The notes beneath the pieces were generated by a model, which was not told the origin of the DNA, searched no databases, and worked only from the letters and a program-made list of their open reading frames with translations. From Lama guanicoe (Eukaryota): a stretch of 64,000 nucleotides of DNA. Shown piece after piece: positions 54,285 to 64,000 of this stretch. Within the stretch, counting starts at the first letter, position 1. Every line of letters starts with the position of its first letter. Both the position numbers and the translations under genes were made by a program. The DNA lies in contig MU053652.1 in assembly GCA_013239625.1 (NCBI GenBank), forward strand, positions 6,749,902-6,813,901. Direction: 5' to 3'.

Positions 54285-54602
54285 ACAAGTGAAGTAAGCC
54301 AGAAAGCGAAAGAAAAATACCATACGATATCACTTGCATGTAGAACCTAAAAAACTGAGACAGATGAACTTATTTAAGAAACAGAAAAAGACTCACAGAC
54401 ATAGAAAACAAACTTATGGTTAACAGTGGGGAAAGAGGAGGGAAATGATAAATTGGGAGTTCGAGATCTGCAGATACTAACTGCTATATATAAAATAGAT
54501 AAACAGTAAGGTCCTACTGTATAGCATAGGGAACTATATTCAATATCTTGTAGTAACCTCTAATGAAAAATAATATGAAAAGGAATATATATACACACAC
54601 AC

Positions 54603-54635
<33 letters not shown>

Positions 54636-54775
54636 TATGTATAACTGAATCACTATATACACACACACACATATATATATATGTATAACTGAATCACTAT
54701 GCTGTATACCAGAAATCAACAATATTGTAAACCAACCATACTCCAATAAAAAAATTTTTTAAGATTTTAAAAAAA
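54285..54775 (+). mobile_element. Cetartiodactyl-type L1 3' end with internal microsatellite and duplication
   Basis: aagtgaagtaagccagaaag...gactcacagacatagaaaacaaacttatggtt...ctgtatagcatagggaactatattcaatatcttgtagtaacc; atgtataactgaatcactat occurs twice. Confidence 0.9.
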
Positions 54776-54789
54776 GGTAGGGTATGCAA

Positions 54790-55340
54790 ATGTCCAATAA
54801 GTGGAACAAGTCAAAACTATGTGCCGTCTGATCAGAAGCAATAAGGGTCTCGTAGCATCCCTTCTGTGATGTTCCCACCAAGGAGACATAATTTGAATCT
54901 AATCATGAGGAACATCAGATAAACAGAAATTGGATAGTCTCTAAAATTTTAGGCCCATAATCTTCAAAAGTATCAAAGTCATGGGAATCAAACAAACACT
55001 AAACAACTGATCAAGAGAAAAAAAATCCTAAAGACACATGGCAAGTAAAGTAAAACATGGCTCCAAACTAGATCCTTTCCTTATAAAGGGTGCTATTGGG
55101 GAATCTGGCAGAACTTCAGTGGGTATAAGCCTCATAAAGCAGATGGCAGAATGTATCACTGTCAAGTTCCTCATTTTGAAGCTTTGTATATGGTTATGTA
55201 GGAGAATTCACTGTGTGTACAGAATGTGCACTAATGTGTTTGGGGGTGGGAAGGCATAACATAGGAAAATTACTCTTGGATGGTTTGGGTAAAATAACTT
55301 TTTGAACTTCATTTGTAAATTTTCTATAAATTTGATATCA
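54790..55340 (+). mobile_element. Old L1MC/ME 3' UTR fragment
   Basis: tgaatctaatcatgaggaacatcagataaac motif and terminal tttgtaaattttctataaatttgatatcatttc. Confidence 0.7.
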
Positions 55341-55777
55341 TTTCATTTAAAAAAATAAGAATGCATTTTGAGGATTAAGTTATAAAAGAAATTTAACAAA
55401 ATGAATGCAGCTTTCAATTTGACAACTCCACAGATGAGAAACATGGTTTAAAAGACAAATACCTCAGGACTTTGGATGCAAATTACACTTTAATGAAGTT
55501 CATTTTATTATGAAGAAATGAAACAACTCCACGTTTATGCTGAAGATTTTAACAGTTGGCACAAGAAGCAGGGAGGAAGAGAGTAAAAGGCAATAGCTGA
55601 CTGAAAGTGCTGCGGAAGGGCTGGCGCACATGAAAGCAGCGCCTGAAGGAACTTCTCCTCCTTCATGATGAGGCCAGTGGTTAATCTTGAAAGTTGAGTT
55701 CAGGATAATAGGCGCTACTGTATTGAGTGATGCACCTGAATAGAATCACTCAATCATAGGACTGAAGGAGCGCTTAC

Positions 55778-55780
55778 ATC

Positions 55781-55811
<31 letters not shown>

Positions 55812-55881
55812 GTACATCTTTCACTTTTTCAAAATAACTTCGCTGCATTTTTGTTCCCACATCCTTATAATTTGGAAGATG
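55778..55881 (-). pseudogene. Candidate pseudo-exon (MGGxNAAK-like motif, contains AAC microsatellite)
   Basis: Acceptor tttatttag, donor GAT|GTAAGC. ATG TGG GAA CAA (A) AAT GCA GCG AAG reads MWEQNAAK if one A of an A-run is removed, resembling the MGGxxxAK motif of ODA1. Confidence 0.35.
55781..55810. repeat. (GTT)10 microsatellite
   Basis: Ten perfect gtt units. Confidence 0.95.
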
Positions 55882-56509
55882 CTAAATAAACTTGTTATTG
55901 TTGAGTTAGAATAAGTTACTTCTGTTACTTAGGCCAGTTTTGAACTGCTTAGACTAGACAAATTGATCAACAGTAATCAAGTTTAACTTATACTGATTAT
56001 TTGACAGATGCTATAAAAGAATTAGGTATCTAGGACAGTTTAGGTTCTATTTATTTCAGTGTATTGTGGGCAAGGAGAAGGAGACTTTTAAAGTTAGGGC
56101 ATTTATTAGGTACAAGTCATTAACATAATTGTTTGATAGAATTAAAAGAGCAGGAGATGTTTATGTTTAGCAAAACATATAAAGAGGTCAGATAATGTTG
56201 TTATTGGCTGCCACAAATTTAAAGTTTTCTAAACTATTGACTTAGTACCCCTTCATAAGTCATTATTCTACTGCAAATCAAGTTTCAATAAATCTCACCA
56301 TTGTATCTACTGAGCTGTCATGGTTCCATGTGAAGGAAAATACTCTATATAGCAAATACGTGGAGAAACTGAAGTTCAAGAAGTTCAATGACACTTTTTT
56401 GTCTCAATAGTCACACTACCAGTACAGTTTAGCTGTCTGAATTTAGTAATTGATTCTCCATTGCTTATGACATTTCTCCCTTTCCCCGTGAGTTTTTCTA
56501 TTGATATAC

Positions 56510-57330
56510 AAAAATTCATTGCTTGTATTTATTGAATGTTTACAGCAGGCAAAATACTCTATGATGGACTACAATGATATAAAATCCATAAGACATGGAT
56601 CGTGCTCTGAATATGTTAAGAGAAAACAAAGCAGTGTGTGAACTTAAGCCAAGAATAGATTATTTTTCAGATGACAGAATTCATAACAGTCACGTGGTGC
56701 ATAGGTTGGATCTTAGAGAATAGACAAGATGTTAACACATACAGTCAGGAGAAAATGTTATCCTAAGGGGTGGAAATAATAAGATCAAGAAAATTAAATT
56801 GGAAAAAAGTGGTAAGCCATATTGAAGGAAGAATTTGTGCTTTAGTTTGGTTGGTAGGGTGCATGAGAGACCAGTAAGAACTATGTCCAGAAAGTGCTAT
56901 TCTGACCAGATTTTGGAGAGTGTTGAATGCTAAATTAGGAAGTTTGAATTTACTCTAAAGACTTTGGGAAACCACTGGTGTAACACAATCAATGTCCTAT
57001 TTCAGAAGGAACAATTGGGCAGTGATAAAATACTTGGGGAAAAGTAATACACTTGATGGACAGAACAGTTGGATACTATTGCAACAGTCCAAGTATGAGA
57101 TATTAAGCTAAACTGAATTATTAACCTTGTTAAAGAGGATGGATCAACTGAAACGAACACAAAGATAGGAGAGACAGGATGTGGCAACTGCTTGGATGTG
57201 GAACATAAATGTGAGAGATGTGTCAATAATTTATAGAGCGTGACTGGAAGAATGGTTACACCATTTTAAAAAATTGGTTTAAAGCAGGAGAGTATTGGGA
57301 GAGAAGGCAGTGAATTCAGTTCTGAATATT
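56510..57330 (-). mobile_element. L2 remnant
   Basis: gtatttattgaatgtttac start; gatactattgcaacagtccaagtatgaga and gtgactggaagaatggttacaccatt motifs. Confidence 0.7.
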
Positions 57331-58294
57331 ACTGCTGATTTACTAGTCCCTAGTACATGGTGTTCTGATTATTTTTTCTTATTAAGCAATAATCTTCTAT
57401 AGCCACCACCCCTCCCCACTCCACATCTGGAAAGGCATGAGTTTTAAGCTGATTTTCCATAAGAATTGATGGATTATCCTAAACCAGCCAAAATTTCTCA
57501 TTAAGTAAAACTCATGACCAAAACCAAAATTGATAAAATGACTAGCTGCAATTCAGACATTCCCATTTGGGGAGTGAGGAAAGCAACTGAAAATACATAT
57601 TGTTACTTATGGTACTTTAATGTACAATAGCAATGTTTTAAATATCATGTAAAAAATGTTGGTTTTAGGGAAAAAACTATAATTTCCTAGGGATTAGGGC
57701 TTAAAACATTTCTATTAGCAATATTAGTTTTTACACTGGACTTTCATAATCATGAGGTTTAGAACAAAAATTTTTATATTGCCCATGACTTTTAATAATA
57801 TAAAGGTCAGTGGGGGTTTTGCCTTTGGATTGTATTTATATGTGCAGCTTTAATTGTAAAATATGGAAATATGTATTAGTAGTTTATTTTAGTTTCCAGT
57901 GAAAGATGATTATATCAGCTCACTGAATGAAAATGTTTATCAGTCTCACTCCCAAGGCTACGTTTCCTTGGACACTGATGTTAAGTTTTATTCTAACTGT
58001 TAATTTCTTTTTTTCTAAAAACAGTTCCTTTATTTTTCTGACCACTTACAAAGCGGAGACCATGTGCTTTCAAAAAGTACTAAGTAAATATTTAAAACTC
58101 TTTTTCCAAAGCCCAAATGTTTTCTTGCTAGTCATTTAAAAATATATAAACATATCAGAACATAATGGAACAACAAACTCTTATGTTCATAATCTTCTTG
58201 TAACATCGGGGTTTACAAAAAATTTTTTTTTATTTCTACCCTACTACATACATACACAATATATAACTGAAAACTTTCTCTTATAGGAAATCAG

Positions 58295-58512
58295 TCATTC
58301 AAATCTGGCTTATTCAAATGCTGGACCTGCCATTTATTAGCTCTGTGACCTTGGGAAAGTCACCTGATTTCTTTTCATTTGATTTTCCTCATTCAAAAAA
58401 TAAAGATAAAAAACAGTAACTCCTTCATGGAGTTGTAAGTATTAAATTAGATAAAGTAGTATATATAATGGTCCTAGATTTATAGTAAGTATGCAATTAA
58501 TGTCAATGATTA
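58295..58512 (+). mobile_element. MIR SINE
   Basis: ttcaaatgctggacctgccatttattagctctgtgaccttgggaaagtcac core. Confidence 0.85.
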
Positions 58513-58749
58513 TTTCTGGCTTTGTTATTATTGTTATTGATATTATAATCACATGCCATGTGAGTGCCATATTTCTGAAAGTCTCTAAATTATCTCCTCT
58601 GTCTTTCTATTGATATCCAGCAGAATATTTTGACCTAAATCTTTAGTAATTCTCAGATATTCCTCTTCCATACATCAATCTTGCTGCTGCCCCTGTGCAG
58701 GCTATCATCTCCCACAGATATTACACAAGTAGCCTCCTAACTCTCCTTT

Positions 58750-58985
58750 TATGTAAAATTATCCCTCAAAAGTGAAAGAGAAATCAAGACTTTCTCAGAA
58801 AAACAAAAATTGAGGAGATTTGTTGCCGGTAGACCTTGGAAGAGATGTTAAAAGAAATCCTTTAGAGAGAAGGAAAATAATATGGGTCAGAAACTCAGAT
58901 CTACATAAACTAAAGAGCACTGAAGAAGGAATAAGGGAAGGTAAACACTTTTATTTGTCTTACTCTTAACTGATCTAACAGGTAA
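58750..58985 (+). mobile_element. L1M ORF1-end fragment
   Basis: aaattatccctcaaaagtgaaagagaaatcaagactttctcag...tttgttgccggtagacctt. Confidence 0.75.
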
Positions 58986-58999
58986 TCAATCGTCTGTTC

Positions 59000-60125
59000 A
59001 ACTGGCTATCCTTGCCTTCAATTTGATTCTTCCATAATTTCCATGTGCCTGCTAAAATTTCCCATATCCTTCATGTTTTCCACCTTTCCCATTTTTATCT
59101 TAGGAATTTGAATGTCTCTGACTAATAATTTTAACATCTGGGCCATCTATGAATTTGACTGTTTCCTCTCTGAAGGGCGGATCACTTTTTTTTTTTTTTT
59201 GCCTTTTCATGTACTTCATAATCTTGGATTATATGTCCGAAGTTTCAGTTAAAGGAACAGTAGATACTGAAGTAAATAACATTTCTCTCTGGAAAGTGGT
59301 CCTTCTCTTTTTCTACCTTTGCTGCTAGACTGGTTGCTGAATCAATCTCCATAGGGTCTCTGGGCAGCTGTAATTTGACTAACTTCTCCACTAACTTTAC
59401 TTTTTTTTTGTGGGCTGGATCATCATTTTCCTTTCAGAGAAGCCTGCAATCTGAGCACTAGTGAGATTCCAGAAAGCTCCCTTTGCTTCACAGCTGAGTC
59501 ACACGTTTTTGTCAGAGTGAAAAATCTCTCTGTTTTCAAGTCAAGGTTTTCAAGTCAAAGAGAGAACGCCTTGCTCTCTAGCTGTGCACCTTGGCACACA
59601 GGTGTTACCCCCCACCTCCCACAACTTCCAAGGGACTACTGTACGCAGGAGTTAAGAGTCGTTGAGTGACTGCAGACTGGTCCTGTTGGAAGAGCTCCTC
59701 TGATACCCAGTCTGGCACACAAGCTCACAGGAGACTGCTAAACATTTTTTAAATGTTAGCTGGTTTCTACTCCCTCTTTGCCCCACACATCCCTCACCCA
59801 CCCTAGATCTAAGGGTAGATTCTTGCTCCTCCTGTAGTTCTAGCAGGGCGGGGAGCCTGTCTTTTAAATGACAGGTTTGCCACTTTCTGGAGTTTAGTTC
59901 ATTTAGAAATCTTTTGCGTGTTCAGCTCCATGATGTATTTTTTTTTAACCACCTTCTTCCTTCGTACCATGTCCCGAGGATCTACTCCAATAGCTGTTTT
60001 CACCTGGTGTTTATTTACCCGTTGCTACAGATGGGATTTCTATGTCTCAGTCCCAGCTCCCTCAGCTGCTACTTTGTTTGGATTGCTAACTTCATACAGG
60101 AATCACGATAGATGTAACCTCTAGG
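59000..60125 (-). mobile_element. Old L1M 5'-region fragment
   Basis: T-rich tctctgactaataattttaacatctggg...cttggattatatgtccga texture typical of reverse L1M 5' segments. Confidence 0.45.
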
Positions 60126-60157
60126 GTTCCTCTCGGCTTGCTAACTTGTAGGGTGTT

Positions 60158-60640
60158 TGTCACATACAAAACCAGTGTCTGTTCCTTGAACGTGAACTCA
60201 GGTTCAGAACCTTGTTATAAAAGCTTACAATTGACTCTGCATCTTGTATCAGACAAAAGCAATGCCCACGGGGCACTGCAGAGCCAGGACTGGAGATCAC
60301 AGTGACAGTTTCTTCCTCTCCATATGGGTGGCCTCCAGCTATAAGCAAGGGGGTATAGGTAATGGAGAAATAACTGAATCTCTGAACCAAGCATTCTCAT
60401 TCACTAACAACCAATAACAGGTGTTTCATCATTTGGGAGCATGTACTAGAGACTCTGAGGCGCCAACCCTCTCTCTCTGACGCATTTGGTTGCATGAGGG
60501 GACTAATTTCCAGGTTTCTAGTGGAGTCGGGGAAGGAAGAGGCTAGTTCTCCCATTCATACACATTCTACTGCTAGATGACGACTTGGAATTTCCAGCAG
60601 CCCTAGGCAACGCAATAAAAATATCCACCCATGATGTTCA
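60158..60640 (-). mobile_element. Probable old LTR element
   Basis: Starts tgtcacatacaaaaccagtg with higher GC than flanks. Family not resolved. Confidence 0.35.
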
Positions 60641-61839
60641 TTCAGGGAGCTTGATAGATGACAGAGGCAGTGACCCACTGTGGCAAACACTGGCTCATCT
60701 ACAAAGAGCTATTCTGCCATTATGATACTTTGTAGACACCATTCTGTGAAAGATTCTGGAAAAAAAAAAAACTACATAAAGTCCTGGCCAAAACTTCTGC
60801 ATATTTCAGTATTTTGAATTGGTTGATTTTACATTTATGATACAGGTATGGCTGGTGTTTCATTCTCAGCATCTTGATGATACTGCTATATGGTTTCCTA
60901 ACTCACTCAGGGTTATGCATATCCCTGGATACATCACCCATTGACATCTACACGGCAACTTTTCCTTCACTTGAATACAATTTACCATTGAACCCCATTG
61001 TATAATGACAGTACTCTACATAGATTCTCACTCTCCAATGCTCACTCCACTGGGGACCTTGGTGGTCCTCATCCTATGCTGCATCATAATCACAACCAGT
61101 CACAGAGCTACATACTACATACAAGTTCAACTTTGGGGTCAGAGCACTCCCCCAAACTTAAGGCAGTGATCGACCTGGGGACAATATTCTGACGCTGGTT
61201 CTTGACCTCACTCTAACGTACACGGATTCAAAAAGACCTTGCAGCTAGAGGCCCTCTCAGTGAGACCAATCGTGTTGAATTGCATAGAAAGAAAAATATT
61301 AACTCAGTGATGCCCACTGTCACATGCATGAACTTTTGTTTTAAACTAGGATTTTTCTGGTTGTCAGCCCATAGCCAATAATCCATCACTTAAAGACCTA
61401 TAATAACTCTCCACTTCACATTTCTATAATCGTAATTTCCAAAGTTTCCTGATGCCTCCCATTTCACTGGCCACACGTATTCCAAGAACTGTGGAAAAAC
61501 GTAATGTGTATGGGAAATTATCTGACATGGAAGCAGGAGTGTACCACTTTTCCATCTATTCAATGCTCTTAGTTCTTGTCAAGTACTTCCTTCCTCTCTA
61601 AACATGAAGATGAGGCAATCTGCAAGCAATCAACGATTACCTCTCTACTGTCTTGCCATAATACCTACACTGTCAACTCTGAGGCATACTTCTTTATAAA
61701 GTTGAGTTTCACTTGTAGCCTGAAAGCTCACTATCATGAATAAATTTGATGACAAATACCCAGTAGTATTTAGTATCACTGTTGTCTTCCAGTCTAAGTT
61801 GTATGCCAAGTTGACATCATCAAGCCTGCTTCTACTGCA

Positions 61840-62100
61840 GTTGGAATGAATTCTTTTTCAGGAAGCTTCCTTGTCCTTCAAGTAAATATTTATTTCATGA
61901 GCCCAACCATATACTGATCCCAGGTTAGGCTTAAACTGGGTCTCCTACCACACATTTATCATAAACTGCTTCCTACAATGATCATGTATGCAATTATTTT
62001 ATCTTTCTCACTTGAGAATAAGAGCTTTAAGGGACATCTCTACTCATCTTTGTATGTCAAGTTTAAAGGCAATTTGTTGCATATAGTAAGTAGTAATAAA
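61840..62100 (+). mobile_element. L2 3' remnant
   Basis: tcaggaagcttcctt...aataagagctttaagggac...gcatatagtaagtagtaataaa. Confidence 0.55.
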
Positions 62101-64000
62101 GAGAAAAAGTAGGAGAAAAAGAAAAATTGAGAGGGAAAGAGGGAGAAAAAAGGATATAAAGCAGAAAATAAGAAAAGGTTAAGTGGTGGGGTAGCAGGTA
62201 GAAGCAAAAGTTTTCAACAATTTCAAAAACTTCCAGAATGAGAAGTAAGATTTAATGAAACAAAAAAATAATGCATACCACATGGCCAAGAAAATAATGG
62301 AGCATTGATAACAAAGTAAAAACTTTCCACTCTTAAAACTAAATGTCATTTCAGGAAGAAAGCAATAGAGCTTATTAGAAATTAGGGCAACAGAGAAATC
62401 CTTAAAGAGAGAATCAATGAAGTCAAAAAATAAAAAAAAGCCATGGTCTGTCAGATTCATATCATCTGTTAAGAGATTAGTGAACAAAATCCTGACTCCC
62501 AATTCCTATATATCACCAGTCTGTTAACATTTAATAATTTAAACCAGAAAACAGAAAAATAGTGTTTTATCTTACAGTTATTAAAGCTAAGAATAAATCA
62601 GATGAGAGCATTTGTATGGACATATTGTAAAACCTCAAGATTTCTTGATTTTTGTATTATTTATAAAAACTAATTTTTTTTATTAAAATAAAGATTCTCT
62701 CTCCCTTTGCCACATATAGTGAGTAAATCTCTGGTACTGAGAACAGTGAATAGTTATTAAAATCATTTCCAAATGATCTGAATGCAGCTATTCTGGCTTT
62801 TGTCCTCAGACTGACATTTAGAATCACTCTTCAGAGCTCCCTATTGTTCATGTTAGTCACTATCCAAAAGGCTGATTGCTTGGATCCCATTTCTAATGTG
62901 TTCAGGCATCATCACTGCCTTCCATCCTTCCAGTCCCTAATGTGTTCACATTTTGGCTGAAACAACCAATGCCCAAACCCAATACTCACTGAGTTCCATT
63001 TCTAATGTACTAACCAGAGAATTCTTAAGAATCATCTGCAACATGTGAGGATTTAGTTCCTCATGCCAAGCCAAGTATCCCAAATGCATAAAATGGAAAT
63101 CTGAAATCTGTTTCGTGATATCTTTGGGAGACTAATAGTGAGTTGATCTGCCATCACAAAAGCTCAAGAGAATGCACTGTCTCCCACAGGTAAGCCTCAG
63201 TAGATGGAGTTCAGCTCCAACATACTGCCAATCCAGAAGCTGGTGCTCTGAGACTGTACTGCACTCCCAATAATGGAATCAACGTGGTCAGAGAAGAGAA
63301 ATGAACCCAAACACGTCAGAGGATTACCCTTTCCAGCCTACCTGCAACACTGTGTGGAATGCCTCTTCCCTTTCCTAGAAGCTGTTCCTAGAATATGTAT
63401 ATCTAACAGCCCATACAGAATAGCATAATTAGAAAAGGAGGAAACTGAGTGCTTCCATAGCATTTTACAATTATTAGAAGCCAAGCAATAAGGATTTTCA
63501 CAATAAATCATTGCCAGGTTTGGTCTTCTGGCTGAAGATTTTAAAGAGCTCAGCACATTCTGAAGATGTCTGAAATCCTCAGGCTTCTGTCAATAAATTC
63601 AAAACCCAGAGCTTAGTGTCAGCTGTTTTAAAAAGGGAAGACGGTCCAAATCCATAATAAATTTTCAGGTAAAAACCAACATTGTTATTGTATTAAGGGC
63701 AAAATGTCATGAATGCATTCAAATCTTTCTCAGTTGGAAAGGCCAAGTGGAAGACACATCAAAATACATGAGATCAATAGAGAAAACAAGTCTATTTTGT
63801 TTCTGTTTTTAACTAGAAGTTTCAAGACACTTAAAGGACTATCATAGTGTCTTTTGGAACTAGGAGCAACATATGAAATAGCTGATGAGTATATTAAGTA
63901 TGAGATATGGTAAGATCAGAGAATGCAAGATGCTATAAAAAAAGACATTGAAGAGAAGGACACACAAACCTGCTTTCAGGTAAAATCTAGATGATCTAGA

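Larger units (their letters stand above)
17672..55881 (-). pseudogene. Multi-exon decayed pseudogene of an ODA1/DC2-family (ODAD1/CCDC63-like) coiled-coil gene
   Basis: Seven collinear minus-strand exon-like segments with splice signals. Translations through stops (KLLEDI*K*RLHKKRF*QI*YK; AQKE*..DLEEE*GK*ALLL; FTEASLALEKLSGVSIFDEIVSVC**EMASIFKNFLFE; NL*REINK) match remembered DC2-family motifs in the right order. Multiple nonsense codons, at least one frameshift and one dead donor. Confidence 0.55.

Noticed and set aside
17672..55881. Calling the locus ODAD1 or CCDC63 itself
   Set aside because: Similarity is only family-level and the sequence is heavily disabled, so no gene symbol is assigned.
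63342..63387. Short minus-strand segment ending CAG|GTAGGC
   Set aside because: Weak acceptor and no homology support.
1..64000. CRISPR arrays, tRNA/rRNA genes, prokaryotic systems
   Set aside because: No regularly spaced repeats or structural RNA genes seen; the sequence is clearly mammalian.

Overview
AT-rich mammalian genomic DNA with no intact protein-coding gene. The long ORFs in the six-frame track are chance or repeat-derived. Much of the window is old eutherian interspersed repeat (L1M, L2, MIR, MLT1/MLT2 and other LTRs, hAT DNA elements) plus three younger L1 3' ends of cetartiodactyl/camelid type. I saw no Alu, ruminant, pig or carnivore SINEs, so a camelid origin is inferred but not proven. 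The main signal is a chain of minus-strand exon-like segments at about 55.8, 54.0, 50.7, 38.6, 31.9, 21.7 and 17.7 kb, mostly with good splice signals. Read through their stop codons, several match, in the correct N-to-C order, the central coiled coil of the outer-dynein-arm docking complex DC2 family (Chlamydomonas ODA1/DC2, vertebrate ODAD1/CCDC114 and CCDC63). I interpret this as a heavily decayed, intron-containing (unitary-type) pseudogene of an additional ODA1-like paralog. The family match is by eye against remembered sequences and needs a profile search. Repeat family names are also by-eye assignments with approximate boundaries.
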